From Clostridia bacterium (GTDB taxonomy: Bacteria > Bacillota > Clostridia > Oscillospirales > Acutalibacteraceae): 64,000 nucleotides of DNA. This document shows positions 1 to 14,073 of the stretch, one piece after another. Both the position numbers and the translations under genes were made by a program. The notes beneath the pieces are model-generated. The model searched no databases and had not been told where the DNA came from. It saw only the letters and a list, made by a program, of their open reading frames with translations. The stretch lies in contig CAAGJN010000067.1 in the NCBI GenBank assembly GCA_900770255.1, positions 27,146 to 91,145 on the forward strand, read 5' to 3'. How positions within the stretch are numbered: position 1 is the first letter of the stretch; the number at the start of each line of letters is the position of its first letter.

Positions 1-3168
<3,168 letters not shown>

Positions 3169-3213
3169 CCGTTGACTGCCCCTTTTTGAAATATATTTTT
3201 AAGGTGACTGTTC

Positions 3214-6200
3214 TCAGTCGTCGTAGTCGTCAAGCTCGCCTTCGCTGTCGGAGAAGATGTCACCATCATAGTAATCATCGTCGCCCTCTGCTTCATCGGA
3301 GTAATCTTCATCGTCATCCTCATCATCGTCCTTATCGCCGACATTGAAGATGTCTCCCTCCTCGTTCTCGGTGCCGTAGCCGCCCGCTGTCTCAGCGTCG
3401 TTGACATGGGAGAACGCCTTATCGTCTGAGGGTGCAAAGCCGAGTTCCTCATCGGTCTGCTTGAGGTCGATCTCATCGCCGTTGGCGTCAAGAACGCTGA
3501 CGTCAAGGCAGAGCGACTGAAGCTCCTTGACAAGAACCTTGAACGACTCGGGAATACCGGGCTTGGGAACGTTGTTGCCCTTGACTATCGCCTCGTAGGT
3601 CTTGACACGGCCGACAACATCGTCGGATTTAACGGTCAGGATCTCCTGGAGGGTATAGGCAGCGCCGTAAGCCTCGAGAGCCCAGACTTCCATCTCACCG
3701 AAGCGCTGGCCGCCGAACTGAGCTTTACCGCCGAGGGGCTGCTGCGTGACAAGTGAGTACGGGCCGGTGGAACGTGCGTGAATCTTATCGTCAACAAGGT
3801 GGAACAGCTTGAGGTAATACATGACGCCGACGGTGACGGGGTTGTCAAACTGTCTGCCGGTACGTCCGTCATAGAGGATCGTCTTGCCGTCCTCTCTGAG
3901 GCCTGCCTGTCTGAGCGCTTCACGGATGTCTTCCTCGTGCGCGCCGTCAAAGACAGGCGTCTCAACCTTGTAACCCAGATGCTTTGCGGCAAAGCCGAGA
4001 TGGACCTCAAGCACCTGTCCGATATTCATTCGGGAGGGAACACCCAGGGGGTTGAGCACGATATCGAGCGGCGTGCCGTCCGGAAGGAAGGGCATATCCT
4101 CCTGTGAAAGTATTCTTGAAACAACACCCTTGTTGCCGTGGCGGCCCGCCATCTTATCGCCGACGGAAAGCTTACGCTTCTGAGCGATATAGCAGCGCAC
4201 TACCTTGTTGACACCGGGGGAGAGCTCGTCGCTGTTCTCGCGGGTGAACTCCTCGACCTTGACGACGATTCCGTATTCGCCGTGGGAGACCTTGAGGGAG
4301 GTATCTCTGACCTCCTTTGCCTTCTCGCCGAAGATCGCGCGAAGGAGCCGCTCCTCTGCGGTGAGCTCAGTCTCGCCCTTAGGGGTAACCTTACCGACGA
4401 GGATATCGCCGGAGTGAACCTCGGCGCCGACGCGGATGATGCCGCGCTCGTCAAGGTTGCTGAGAAGATCGTCGGAGACGTTCGGGATATCCCTTGTGAT
4501 CTCCTCGGGTCCGAGCTTTGTATCTCTGGCCTCGATCTCGTGCTTTTCGATGTGGATCGAGGTATAAACGTCGTCACGAACCATCTTTTCATTGATCAGA
4601 ACGGCGTCCTCGTAGTTGTAGCCCTCCCAGGTCATGAAGCCGACGAGGGCGTTCTTACCGAGGGAAATCTCGCCGTGATCGGTCGCGGGACCGTCCGCAA
4701 TGACATCGCCCTTCTCGACACGCTGGCCGAGGGAGACGATCGGACGCTGATTGACGCATGTGCCCTGGTTCGAGCGCATAAATTTAATTATATCGTAATG
4801 ATCGAGAACATTCTCATCGCTGATTATCTCAATCTGATCGGCGTCGACCTTGGTGACGCGGCCGGAGTGCTTCGCAAGCACGACAACGCCTGAGTCCACA
4901 GCCGCCTTATACTCCATACCGGTGCCGACGATCGGGCTCTCGGTCTTGAGCAGCGGCACAGCCTGCTTCTGCATGTTCGATCCCATGAGGGCTCGGTTAG
5001 CGTCGTCGTTCTCAAGGAACGGTATCATCGACGTCGCGACCGAAACGACCATCTTGGGCGAGACATCCATATAATCGACCTTCGTGCGGTCGATCTCAAG
5101 GAAACCGTCCCTGTGTCTGGCGTTGACTCTCTCATTGACAAACATACCGTTCTCGTCGAGCGGCTCGTTAGCCTGGGCGACGATATACTCGTCCTCAACG
5201 TCGGCGGTCATATACTCAACCTCGTCCGTGACGCGGCCCGTAGCCTTGTCGACCTTCCTGAACGGAGCCTCAATGAAGCCGTACTCATTTATGCGGGCGA
5301 ATGTCGCAAGGTAAGAGATAAGTCCGACGTTTGAACCTTCTGGAGTCTCAATGGGACACATTCTGCCGTAGTGGGAATAGTGGACGTCTCGGACTTCAAA
5401 GCCAGCACGATCCCTTGAAAGACCGCCGGGGCCGAGGGCCGAAAGGCGGCGCTTATGAGTAAGCTCCGAAAGCGGGTTGATCTGATCCATGAACTGCGAC
5501 AGCGGCGAAGAGCCGAAGAACTCCTTGATCGCCATCATGACAGGGCGGATGTTTATAAGAGCCTGAGGAGTGATATTCTCCTCCTTCTCCTGCGCCTGGA
5601 GGGTCATTCTCTCGCGGACGACTCTCTCCATTCTTGCAAGGCCGATCCTGAACTGGTTCTGGAGCAGCTCGCCCACGCAGCGGATACGTCTGTTGCCGAG
5701 GTGGTCGATATCGTCGGTGGTGCCAATCTTGTTTGCAAGGCAGTTAATATAGTTGATCGATGAGAAAATATCATCGACGATAATGTGATTGGGAATGAGC
5801 TCATCGTGGCGAAGTCTGAGCTGCTCGAGGAAAGTCTCCTTGTCGTCGCCGCACTCATCGGCGATCTCGGTGATAATCTGGAAACGAACCTTCTCGTTGA
5901 TACCGGCGTCAAGCAGTTCCTCCTTAGTCACGCCCTCGGGGACATAGTCCATGGGATCAACCATACCGTTTGAGATGATCTTGACGGGCTTTCCGTCAAC
6001 GTCGGCGACGGCGACCATAACGCCTGCGCGCTCGATCTCCCTGGCCTTGGCCTTGGTGACCACCTCGCCTGCCTCGGCGAGGACCTCGCCGGTCAGGGGC
6101 GCTACTACGGGCTCGGCAAGCTTGCAGCCTGCAAGACGGGCGGCAATAGCGAGCTTCTTATTATATTTGTATCTGCCGACGCGGGAGATATCATATCTGC

Positions 6201-7002
6201 GGGGATCGAAGAAGAGATTGTCAAGAAGCTGCTGAGCAGACTCGAGCGTTACGGGCTCGCCGGGACGAAGGCGCTTGAAAACTTCCATAAGAGCTTCGCC
6301 CTGATTCTTCGTCTCGTCTCTCTCAATAGTCGCCTCGATCCTCTCGTCATGGCCGAAGAACTCGCGGATCTCCTCATCCGTACCGAGTCCGAGGGCTCTG
6401 ATAAAGGTCGTGATGAATATCTTTCTGTTCTTATCTATCCTTACATAATAGACGTCGTTTATATCGGTTTCATACTCGAGCCATGCGCCGCGGTTGGGGT
6501 TGATGGTGCTCGAAAACAGCTCAATGCCGGTCTTATCGTGGGTCATATCGAAATATACGCCCGGCGAACGGACAAGCTGAGAGACAATAACTCTTTCGGC
6601 GCCATTGATGACAAAGGTACCGCTGTCGGTCATGATCGGGAATTCACCCATAAACACTTCCGACTCCTTAATCGCACCCGTCTCCTTATTGAGCAGACGC
6701 ACTGTGACGCGCATGGGTGCAGCATAGGTAGCATCGCGCTCCTTGCACTCTTGCACGGTGTGCTTAGTCTTCTCGTCAATACGGTAATCAATAAAGGTCA
6801 GCACCCAGTTGCCTGTGTAGTCGGTGATTTCCGCGATATCGCGGAACACCTCCTTGAGTCCGGTGTCGAGAAACCATTTGTAAGAGTTCTTCTGAACCTC
6901 AATGAGATTTGGCATCTCCATGACTTCTTCGATCTTGCCGAAGCTCACGCGCGTGGTCGTTCCTTTTTTGACGGGCTTAACATTCAGCATAGGCCAATTC
7001 AC
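3214..7002 (-). CDS. rpoB: DNA-directed RNA polymerase subunit beta, with an unusual poly-acidic C-terminal extension
   Basis: 1262-aa ORF containing conserved RpoB blocks (…[29 protein letters not shown]…, …[10 protein letters not shown]…). It lies directly upstream of rpoC. The last ~50 residues are almost entirely D/E/Y. Confidence 0.97.
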   Translation of the reverse strand: MNWPMLNVKPVKKGTTTRVSFGKIEEVMEMPNLIEVQKNSYKWFLDTGLKEVFRDIAEITDYTGNWVLTFIDYRIDEKTKHTVQECKERDATYAAPMRVTVRLLNKETGAIKESEVFMGEFPIMTDSGTFVINGAERVIVSQLVRSPGVYFDMTHDKTGIELFSSTINPNRGAWLEYETDINDVYYVRIDKNRKIFITTFIRALGLGTDEEIREFFGHDERIEATIERDETKNQGEALMEVFKRLRPGEPVTLESAQQLLDNLFFDPRRYDISRVGRYKYNKKLAIAARLAGCKLAEPVVAPLTGEVLAEAGEVVTKAKAREIERAGVMVAVADVDGKPVKIISNGMVDPMDYVPEGVTKEELLDAGINEKVRFQIITEIADECGDDKETFLEQLRLRHDELIPNHIIVDDIFSSINYINCLANKIGTTDDIDHLGNRRIRCVGELLQNQFRIGLARMERVVRERMTLQAQEKEENITPQALINIRPVMMAIKEFFGSSPLSQFMDQINPLSELTHKRRLSALGPGGLSRDRAGFEVRDVHYSHYGRMCPIETPEGSNVGLISYLATFARINEYGFIEAPFRKVDKATGRVTDEVEYMTADVEDEYIVAQANEPLDENGMFVNERVNARHRDGFLEIDRTKVDYMDVSPKMVVSVATSMIPFLENDDANRALMGSNMQKQAVPLLKTESPIVGTGMEYKAAVDSGVVVLAKHSGRVTKVDADQIEIISDENVLDHYDIIKFMRSNQGTCVNQRPIVSLGQRVEKGDVIADGPATDHGEISLGKNALVGFMTWEGYNYEDAVLINEKMVRDDVYTSIHIEKHEIEARDTKLGPEEITRDIPNVSDDLLSNLDERGIIRVGAEVHSGDILVGKVTPKGETELTAEERLLRAIFGEKAKEVRDTSLKVSHGEYGIVVKVEEFTRENSDELSPGVNKVVRCYIAQKRKLSVGDKMAGRHGNKGVVSRILSQEDMPFLPDGTPLDIVLNPLGVPSRMNIGQVLEVHLGFAAKHLGYKVETPVFDGAHEEDIREALRQAGLREDGKTILYDGRTGRQFDNPVTVGVMYYLKLFHLVDDKIHARSTGPYSLVTQQPLGGKAQFGGQRFGEMEVWALEAYGAAYTLQEILTVKSDDVVGRVKTYEAIVKGNNVPKPGIPESFKVLVKELQSLCLDVSVLDANGDEIDLKQTDEELGFAPSDDKAFSHVNDAETAGGYGTENEEGDIFNVGDKDDDEDDDEDYSDEAEGDDDYYDGDIFSDSEGELDDYDD

Positions 7003-7380
7003 TCCGTTCTTTTTTCATCCGTTTCGTGTTATCGCCATCAATTGACAGGAGCACATACATTCGCATTTCTGAACATATATACTTTTGTCAACCGATGGTC
7101 CGAGAAGCTCGGCACAAATTCATGCGCAGAGCGTTGAAAATCAATAATGAAGCCCGCTTTTCAGATTTTTGAAAAGCCACAATAAGCCCGTAACCATAAA
7201 GGCCGGGCACACAACGCTCCATTATAATTGTACATTTTTATATTTTACACGTCCCCGGTCCGCTTGTCAAGCAAAATTTTCATGCAAAGATGTATTTTTT
7301 CGCGTTTTCAGGCAACATAAAATAAAGAAGCAAAAAGTTGGTAAATCGGATCACTATTATAGAATGTGTAGCAATTCGAA

Positions 7381-7409
7381 TTTACATTCAGGTGCTTCTG
7401 TGGTATAAT
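7381..7409 (+). promoter_or_regulatory. Sigma-A type promoter for the patatin-like gene (TTTACA -35, 17-nt spacer, TGgTATAAT extended -10)
   Basis: tttaca at 7381-7386 and tggtataat at 7401-7409 give consensus spacing. A GGAGG RBS at 7427-7431 precedes the ATG at 7438. Confidence 0.5.
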
Positions 7410-7437
7410 ATCGGACAAATTGAAACGGAGGATTGTT

Positions 7438-8295
7438 ATGACCGGTATAATTGATGTCGGCGGCGGAATGCGCGGAGTTTTTTCCGCAGGCATATACGAC
7501 GTCTTTATCGAAAATGGGATAAACTTTGACCTTTGCATCGGCGTCTCGGCAGGCAGCGCCAATCTCGCCTCTTTCGTCGCGCAGAACCATGGGAGAGTCA
7601 GGCGCTTCTACGTCGACTATCCGCGCCGCAGGCAGTATATGAGCATGGACAACCTTCTCAGACGAGGCTCTTTTATAAACCTCGACTATATATACTCTAC
7701 CCTCTCAAACACGGACGGCGAGGATCCCATAGACTTCAGGGCATTCGCAGAAAACCCCTCCGATTTTATCGCCGTCGCCACCGACGGAAAAACGGGCAGA
7801 CCGAAATATTTCGGCAAGGATATGGTCAAGCTCGACGATCTGATCATTCTCAAGGCGTCCTGCTGCCTGCCCGCCATCTGCAAACCGATAAACATCGGCG
7901 GCACGGACTATTTTGACGGCGGCGTCTCCGACCCCATCCCCTGCCAAAAGGCGTTCGAGATGGGGTGCGACAAGGTGGTAATTATCATATCGAAGCCGAT
8001 AGACTTCCGCAAATCGGCGCAGAAGCATATGTCGATAATCAAACGCGCGCTTCGAAGCTATCCGGAGATCTACAAGGATATGACGGTCATGCACAAGCTG
8101 TATAACGCTCAGCTTGACCAGGCCGTAGAGCTCGAAAAGCAGGGAAAAGTCATTATCCTCGCCCCCGACGACTGTTTCGGGGTGAACACACTCACCCGCG
8201 AGCCCGAACATCTCGAAAAGCTCTATGCCGAGGGACGCCGCTGCGCGTACAGGCACCTCAATGAGATAAGAGCGATAAACGAAAAGACGGCATAA
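7438..8295 (+). CDS. Patatin-like phospholipase family protein
   Basis: Glycine-rich oxyanion motif DVGGGMRGVF near the N-terminus and serine-lipase motif GVSAGS (GxSxG). The ATG at 7438 with RBS is preferred over the track's TTG at 7420. Confidence 0.85.
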   Translation: MTGIIDVGGGMRGVFSAGIYDVFIENGINFDLCIGVSAGSANLASFVAQNHGRVRRFYVDYPRRRQYMSMDNLLRRGSFINLDYIYSTLSNTDGEDPIDFRAFAENPSDFIAVATDGKTGRPKYFGKDMVKLDDLIILKASCCLPAICKPINIGGTDYFDGGVSDPIPCQKAFEMGCDKVVIIISKPIDFRKSAQKHMSIIKRALRSYPEIYKDMTVMHKLYNAQLDQAVELEKQGKVIILAPDDCFGVNTLTREPEHLEKLYAEGRRCAYRHLNEIRAINEKTA

Positions 8296-8317
8296 AGCGG
8301 ACTGCCGCAAGCATCGG

Positions 8318-8412
8318 CGCTTATAAAAGCTCCCCTATGGCAAAAATCAGCCTTGCCGCAGGGGAGCTTTCTCAACGTCCGGCCGAAAAATTCCGGCCGG
8401 CTTTGTTTTTAT
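8318..8412. terminator. Pair of GC-rich hairpins with T-runs between convergent genes (bidirectional terminators)
   Basis: aagctcccct...aggggagctt stem, and ccggccgaaaaattccggccgg followed by ctttgttttt. Confidence 0.55.
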
Positions 8413-8796
8413 TCAGTTGTCCTCGTCGAAGTGATCGATATCGATATCCTCGAGACCGTCTTCCTCTTCAAGTATCATCAGTTCCTGCTCAAGCCTCTCA
8501 CGAAACTCGACAAAAACCTCGTCAAACTCCGGATCGTCGCCGGTGACATAGGCGTATTCGTCCGTCTCCTCGTCGTATTCGATCTTCATTACGGCAAACT
8601 GCATATCACCCGACTCGATGTTCTCGACCGGCAGCAGAATGACGTAGTTCTCGCCCTTATGCTCCACGATATCGACGACCGACATATCTATCTCATTGCC
8701 CTCGTCGTCAACAAGCGTGACATAGCTGTCCTCGGCGGACCCGCTCTCCCCGCCCTCGGGATAGAAATCAAGAATATTGTTGTTGTCTTCAGCCAT
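8413..8796 (-). CDS. DUF1292 family small acidic protein
   Basis: 127-aa, highly acidic protein (…YVTLVDDEGNEIDMSVVDIVEHKGENYVILLPV…) typical of the Firmicutes DUF1292 family. Confidence 0.75.
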   Translation of the reverse strand: MAEDNNNILDFYPEGGESGSAEDSYVTLVDDEGNEIDMSVVDIVEHKGENYVILLPVENIESGDMQFAVMKIEYDEETDEYAYVTGDDPEFDEVFVEFRERLEQELMILEEEDGLEDIDIDHFDEDN

Positions 8797-8816
8797 AGCG
8801 GTAACTCCTTATCTTT

Positions 8817-9911
8817 TTATACATTGAATCTGAACAGCACGACGTCGCCGTCGTTCATGACATACTCCTTGCCCTCGCTGCGTACAAGACCCTTCTCCTT
8901 TGCCGCGGTCAGCGAGCCGCAGGCGATAAGCTCCTCAAAGCTGATGACCTCGGCGCGGATAAAGCCGCGCTCAAAGTCGGAGTGGATCTTGCCCGCCGCC
9001 TGGGGAGCCTTCGTGCCTCGCTTTATCGTCCACGCTCTGACCTCGGGCTTGCCGGCGGTCAGATACGAGATAAGACCGAGCAGATGATAGCTGCGCTGCA
9101 CGAGCAGATCAAGGCCGCCCTTCTCAATGCCGAGATCGGTCAGAAACATTTCGCGCTCCTCTTTTTCAAGCGACGCTATCTCGGCCTCGAGCTCCGCGCA
9201 GATCGGGAGCACCTCCGCTCCCTCGGCTGCGGCAATCTCCCTGACGGCGAGATAGTGGCTGTTTGTATCAATATTATTTGCAAAATCGTTTTCACTCATG
9301 TTACAGGCATAGATTACCGGTTTGGCCGTGAGCAGAGAGATCTGGGCAAGGAACTCGCTCTCGTTCTCATCGCACTCGACGTTTCTTGCGGGCACCTCGT
9401 TTTCAAGCTCCGCCTTGAGCTTTTTGAGGAACTCGAGCTCGGCCGCCGCCGACTTGTCGTTTCTCGCCTGCTTGGCAACTCTATCCATACGGCGTTCGAC
9501 CATCTCAAGATCAGAGAGAATAAGCTCAAGGTTGATAGTCTCGATATCTCTTTTGGGATCGATAGTCGCGTCAACATGGACGATATCGTCATCCTCGAAG
9601 CAGCGTACGACATGGACAATCGCATCGACCTCTCTGATATGCGAGAGGAACTTGTTGCCGAGTCCCTCACCCTTTGACGCGCCGCGCACAAGGCCGGCGA
9701 TATCAACAAATTCGATCGTCGCGGGGGTGATCTTGTCAGGGTGATACATTTCGGCGAGCTTGTCGAGGCGCTCATCCGGCACCGCGACAACGCCGACATT
9801 CGGCTCTATAGTGCAGAAAGCATAATTCGCGGACTGCGCGCCCGCGTTTGTTATGGCGTTAAAAAGTGTGCTCTTACCGACATTCGGCAGACCTACGATT
9901 CCGAGTTTCAT
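8817..9911 (-). CDS. ychF: Redox-regulated ribosome-binding ATPase YchF
   Basis: MKLGIVGLPNVGKSTLFNAIT… G1 motif, C-terminal TGS domain, 364 aa. Confidence 0.95.
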   Translation of the reverse strand: MKLGIVGLPNVGKSTLFNAITNAGAQSANYAFCTIEPNVGVVAVPDERLDKLAEMYHPDKITPATIEFVDIAGLVRGASKGEGLGNKFLSHIREVDAIVHVVRCFEDDDIVHVDATIDPKRDIETINLELILSDLEMVERRMDRVAKQARNDKSAAAELEFLKKLKAELENEVPARNVECDENESEFLAQISLLTAKPVIYACNMSENDFANNIDTNSHYLAVREIAAAEGAEVLPICAELEAEIASLEKEEREMFLTDLGIEKGGLDLLVQRSYHLLGLISYLTAGKPEVRAWTIKRGTKAPQAAGKIHSDFERGFIRAEVISFEELIACGSLTAAKEKGLVRSEGKEYVMNDGDVVLFRFNV

Positions 9912-10018
9912 TCAAAGACATCCTTTTTCATTCTGATTTCTCTAATTATAACCGCTCAAAGACAAAAAAACAACCGCAGCGGCGCTTTTATAAATAAAAA
10001 ATTGCAAATTATTCCTCT

Positions 10019-10771
10019 ATGGTGTACAATAATCCTGTAACTTTCATCGGAAGGGGCAGGATTTTGGAACTGTCACGTTTTTCAAGAAGCGAGATGCTGA
10101 TAGGCGCGGACGCAGTCAAACACCTGAGCGAATGTCACGTCGCGGTGTTTGGAATAGGCGGAGTCGGTTCATATGTCGCCGAGGCTCTCGCGCGCGGCGG
10201 AGTCGGCGAGATAACGGTCGTTGACAACGACGAAGTCGCCATGACAAATATAAACCGCCAGCTCTGCGCGCTGACCTCGACTATAGGCAAAAAAAAGACC
10301 GAGGTGGCGTCCGAGCGCATAAGGGACATCAACCCCAACTGCCGTGTGCATGTCATCAACGGCTTCTATCTGCCCGACAGCGCAGAGGACTTCTTTCCCC
10401 GGCGTTACGACTACATTGCCGATGCCGTTGACACCGTGCAGGCTAAGCTCTCGCTCGCAGAAGAAGCGCAGAGGCGCGGCATCCCGATCATCTCGTGCAT
10501 GGGCACGGGCAACAAGCTCGACCCGACGCAGTTTCGCGTCTCTGACATTTCAAAGACCTCTGTCTGCCCGCTGTGCCGCGTGATGCGGCGCGAGCTCAGA
10601 GCGAGAGGAATAAAAAATCTCAAGGTCGTCTGGTCGCCCGAAAAGCCGATAAAACCGAATGAGACGGCCGAGGAGACTACTCGCAGGGCTCTGCCCGGCA
10701 GTATATCGTTCGTCCCGCCGGTTGCGGGGATGATAATGGCGGGCGAAATAATAAAAGATCTGATAAAATAA
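10019..10771 (+). CDS. tcdA: tRNA threonylcarbamoyladenosine dehydratase (ThiF/MoeB E1-like)
   Basis: …RFSRSEMLIGADAVKHLSECHVAVFGIGGVGSYVAEALARGGVGEITVVDNDEV… matches the TcdA/CsdL family. The exact start is uncertain. Confidence 0.8.
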   Translation: MVYNNPVTFIGRGRILELSRFSRSEMLIGADAVKHLSECHVAVFGIGGVGSYVAEALARGGVGEITVVDNDEVAMTNINRQLCALTSTIGKKKTEVASERIRDINPNCRVHVINGFYLPDSAEDFFPRRYDYIADAVDTVQAKLSLAEEAQRRGIPIISCMGTGNKLDPTQFRVSDISKTSVCPLCRVMRRELRARGIKNLKVVWSPEKPIKPNETAEETTRRALPGSISFVPPVAGMIMAGEIIKDLIK

Positions 10772-10809
10772 AGACACACCGGGAAATGATATACCGAGAG
10801 GAGATCGTT

Positions 10810-12327
10810 ATGAAGAAAAGGTTAGTAAGCGCAGCCGCTGCGCTGCTCGTGCTTATAAGCGCCGCGTCACTCGGCTTCACGGGCTGCGAGAAAACTCCTG
10901 ACGACCCCACTGAGGAGACAACTATGTCCCCCGAGCAGGTCGCCGCGGTTCAGACGCTCCGCCTGCCGTATTCAAAGGCGGACAAAATGAACCCGTTTAC
11001 GGCAACGAGCATGCTCAATCAGCAGCTCTCCGCGCTCATATATGACAGTCTCTTCACTCTCGACAAAAACTACAACGCAAAGCCCGCGCTCGCATCAAGC
11101 TACAGCCAGAGCGGACGTGTGCTTACTGTCTCACTTGCATCGGCCAAATTCTCGGACGGCTCTTCGGTCACGGCATCGGATGTCGTCGCCTCCTTCAACA
11201 GCGCAAAAGACTCGCCCGCATATAAGGCGAGGCTCTCCGGCTTCTCGAGCGCCAAAGTCAGCGGCAACAGCGTCGTATTTTCGCTCTCTGCCGACGATCC
11301 CTATGCCGTCAACTGCCTGACCTTTGCCGTGACAAAAGGCGGCTCAAAAGACGAGGGCGCCGTCGGCTCCGGCAGATATACCTATTCGGTAGAGACGGGC
11401 GTCGGGCATTTGAAGCTAAACAGCAGACACAGCGGCTTTTCGCCGAAGAAGGACAGCATAACGCTCCACGACGTCAAGGATATCAGCGTGTTAAAATATA
11501 CCCTTGAAATAGGCAACATCAGCTTCGCGTTTGACGATCTGAGAGACGGCGCCTATACACGCTATTCGGCCTCCACCTCCGAAATACTGATGAACAACCT
11601 GGTGTTTATGACCTTCAACAAAAGCAGCTCCGTGCTTTCCTCGGAGAAAGTAAGGCAGGCCATATCGCTGCTCATAGACAGAGAAAAAATAGCGGATGAA
11701 GCGTTCCAGGGGCACGCGCAGGCGGCATACACGCCCTTTAACCCCGACTGGAACGTCCTCTCCGGCAAGGATTACACTATAAAGACGGACCTTGAGGCGG
11801 CAGGCAAGCTGCTCGACGAAGCCGGCTTTGTTTCAAAGAACGGTTCGACCCGCGCAAACAGCAGCAAAAAACAGCTCTCGCTGAATATCCTTGTCAACAG
11901 TGATAACGGCTTTAAGGCTGCAGCGGCGGTAAACATCAAGGATATGCTCGAAAAAGCGAAGATCGCGGTGACCGTAACATCCGTATCGGAGAAAGAATAC
12001 CGCACGGCCGTTTCCTCCGGCAAATACGACATGTATATCGGTGAAGTAAAGCTCACGGCGAACATGAACCTCTCCCCCCTGCTCAAACGCGGCGGCAGCG
12101 TGACGAGCGGCATCAACACCTCAGGCGCCGCGAGTACCGCATACGATGCGTTCCTCACAGGCTCGACCGACGTCTATACCTTCATTGACGCGTTCAACTC
12201 GGATCTGCCGTTTATCCCGCTGTGCTACCGCTCGGGCATCGCAGTCTACACCCGCACGCTCAAATACGGCAGCGGAAACCACGCAAACGATATCTATGCG
12301 GATATCGACACCTGGGATTTCCATTGA
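10810..12327 (+). CDS. ABC transporter substrate-binding lipoprotein, family 5 (peptide/nickel type)
   Basis: Signal peptide with lipobox (…LISAASLGFTGC) and SBP_bac_5-like core (…LASSYSQSGRVLTVSLASAKFSDGSSVTASDVVASF…). Start moved to the MKKRL ATG, which has an RBS. Confidence 0.75.
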   Translation: MKKRLVSAAAALLVLISAASLGFTGCEKTPDDPTEETTMSPEQVAAVQTLRLPYSKADKMNPFTATSMLNQQLSALIYDSLFTLDKNYNAKPALASSYSQSGRVLTVSLASAKFSDGSSVTASDVVASFNSAKDSPAYKARLSGFSSAKVSGNSVVFSLSADDPYAVNCLTFAVTKGGSKDEGAVGSGRYTYSVETGVGHLKLNSRHSGFSPKKDSITLHDVKDISVLKYTLEIGNISFAFDDLRDGAYTRYSASTSEILMNNLVFMTFNKSSSVLSSEKVRQAISLLIDREKIADEAFQGHAQAAYTPFNPDWNVLSGKDYTIKTDLEAAGKLLDEAGFVSKNGSTRANSSKKQLSLNILVNSDNGFKAAAAVNIKDMLEKAKIAVTVTSVSEKEYRTAVSSGKYDMYIGEVKLTANMNLSPLLKRGGSVTSGINTSGAASTAYDAFLTGSTDVYTFIDAFNSDLPFIPLCYRSGIAVYTRTLKYGSGNHANDIYADIDTWDFH

Positions 12328-12340
12328 GCCCGCAAAAATG

Positions 12341-12376
12341 ACCGGGTACGTCAAAACGTCGTACCCGGTTTCTTTA
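12341..12376 (+). terminator. Rho-independent terminator after the SBP gene
   Basis: accgggtacg-tcaaaacg-cgtacccggt stem-loop followed by ttctttatattt. Confidence 0.7.
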
Positions 12377-12399
12377 TATTTCAGCAAAGGAGCACAGCT

Positions 12400-12885
12400 A
12401 TGAACACAGTTAAAGTCGGCGGCCGCAGTTTTCTGATCGATATTGAAAAAACGAGAGAATATTACCGCAGTCATTCGCTTTGCAACTGCGCGGACTGCCG
12501 GAACTACTATGCTCAGATAAAAGCGCAGATGCCCGAGCTCGACGCTTTTCTTGAGAGCTTCGGCGTTGACATTGAAAGACCCGATGAATGTATCAGTATT
12601 GAAACAGACAGCGCAATCAACTACATAAATGTTGACTATACTGTCTGCGGAAGAACAGACGGCTTTGACGAAGCAGAGATAAAAATACCCTCAAAACCGC
12701 TTCCGGCAATTGTTGCAAGTAACGGGTTCTGCTCTCCGAACGAACAGACAGGCACATATTTTACACTCTCCATCATGGACATCAGCCTGCCGTGGGTACT
12801 TGACGAGCCTTTTGACGAACAAACTCCGCCGGAGAAAAAGGCAAGCTTTTTCAAGGGCTACAAAGCAAAGCGGAGAAAAGTTTGA
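12400..12885 (+). CDS. Hypothetical protein (no family recognised; Cys-rich CNCADCRNYY segment)
   Basis: 161-aa ORF with an AAAGGAG RBS 8 nt upstream. Codon usage looks coding. No motif I can assign. Confidence 0.5.
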   Translation: MNTVKVGGRSFLIDIEKTREYYRSHSLCNCADCRNYYAQIKAQMPELDAFLESFGVDIERPDECISIETDSAINYINVDYTVCGRTDGFDEAEIKIPSKPLPAIVASNGFCSPNEQTGTYFTLSIMDISLPWVLDEPFDEQTPPEKKASFFKGYKAKRRKV

Positions 12886-12940
12886 AAGCGCATATGTGCG
12901 TTGGACCGCCGCGGAGCAAATCAATAGCTCTCCGAGTTTT

Positions 12941-13531
12941 TTATTTCTGCGGCATATACCAATATGAATGGAAGCCCGACATATATGTTCTGCCGCCGCG
13001 CGGGATCTGAGTCAGGGCGTTGAACGCGTTGTAGAGATCGCCGCTGCCCATGCTCGCGCACATGATGCCGAACGCGGTCAAAAAGACCAACTTCGGAAAA
13101 ATCATGCCTGCGGCAAACGGCAAAACGCCGAAAATCAAAGTCGGCAGCAGCGACATGAAAATAAACCTGCCCTTGCTCATATCCTCGGTACCGATGACAA
13201 ACATCATTCCCTGCTTAAAGTTAGTATACATATAGACGTCGCCCTTAAAGCAGACCGAATGCAGCAGTTCATGCGGATAGAGCGTGAGCAGTGAACACAG
13301 GCATCCGAGCCATGCCGCGGTGAAATCGTCAAAGCCGAACTGTCCGCGCAGCCTGATCACCGCGGGAATAAGCATTATAACAATCACGACAAACGAGATC
13401 ACCGTTGCGATGACCGCGAGCTTTTTTGTGTCCCCCGCCTCCTTAAATTCAACGGCGTCGGGCTTGTGCTCCGCCTGCGGCAGACTTGCGGGATCCATAT
13501 TATATTTGCCCTCATAGTGCAGTTTCATCTT
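12941..13531 (-). CDS. DUF3267-family membrane protein with HExxH (putative zincin-like metallopeptidase)
   Basis: Start set at MKLHYEGKYNMDP. Two hydrophobic segments plus a HELLH motif. Its start overlaps the stop of the upstream DUF1893 gene by 2 nt. Confidence 0.6.
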   Translation of the reverse strand, partial: KMKLHYEGKYNMDPASLPQAEHKPDAVEFKEAGDTKKLAVIATVISFVVIVIMLIPAVIRLRGQFGFDDFTAAWLGCLCSLLTLYPHELLHSVCFKGDVYMYTNFKQGMMFVIGTEDMSKGRFIFMSLLPTLIFGVLPFAAGMIFPKLVFLTAFGIMCASMGSGDLYNAFNALTQIPRGGRTYMSGFHSYWYMPQK

Positions 13532-13970
13532 ATTTTTCTCCCCGGAGCTTCTCCGCTGTCTCACGTATCCTCCTGAGAGCTTCATGCGGGTCGTCGGTGT
13601 CCATGACCGCCTTCTCCATCGGGCACATACCGTCGCCCGCACGGTTAATTATGTATTTTACGCTCATATTGCACGAATACTTTACTCTGCATACGTCAAG
13701 TATATCCTTTGCAGGCTCGCTCATCACATCAGCATAAACTTCGCTGACTCCGAGCAGCACGAACAGCATGGCCGCAGCCTTGCCGACGGCCTTATCCGCC
13801 GCGCTGAAAAAGCGCATATCCCGCCCGCTGTCTATACATTCGAGCAGCGGAGCAACGCCGCGAAGGCTGCTCGTATAGGTTTCATCTCCCCTGCACATCA
13901 CGCAGGTATATCCCCCTGAAAGCAGCAGGGACTCGGCACGCTCAATATCAGTCACGCTTATCACATCCAT
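13530..13970 (-). CDS. DUF1893 (TM1506-like) domain protein
   Basis: 146 aa; …LSGGYTCVMCRGDETYTSSLRGVAPLLECI… resembles the DUF1893 signature. Translationally coupled to the downstream DUF3267 gene. Confidence 0.55.
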   Translation of the reverse strand: MDVISVTDIERAESLLLSGGYTCVMCRGDETYTSSLRGVAPLLECIDSGRDMRFFSAADKAVGKAAAMLFVLLGVSEVYADVMSEPAKDILDVCRVKYSCNMSVKYIINRAGDGMCPMEKAVMDTDDPHEALRRIRETAEKLRGEK

Positions 13971-14073
13971 TGTTTTTTTACATTATACTATAGATATACT
14001 TCTGTTTTCAATCGGCAATGGACATTTTGCTGACAGTGTGATATCATAGTGAAAACGCTCGCGGAGGAATGAA

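Noticed and set aside
7003-7419. 79-aa ORF (7169-7408) and possible ncRNA in the 418-bp rpoB / patatin divergent intergenic region
   Set aside because: No RBS and no conserved structure is recognisable. The region most likely holds the two divergent promoters and the rpoB 5' leader.
9912-10018. tRNA genes in any intergenic gap >100 bp (9912-10018, 19888-20036, 29375-29710, 52644-52895)
   Set aside because: No cloverleaf-compatible sequence (GTGGCNNAGTGG / GGTTCGAATCC-type D- and T-loop motifs) was seen in any of these gaps.
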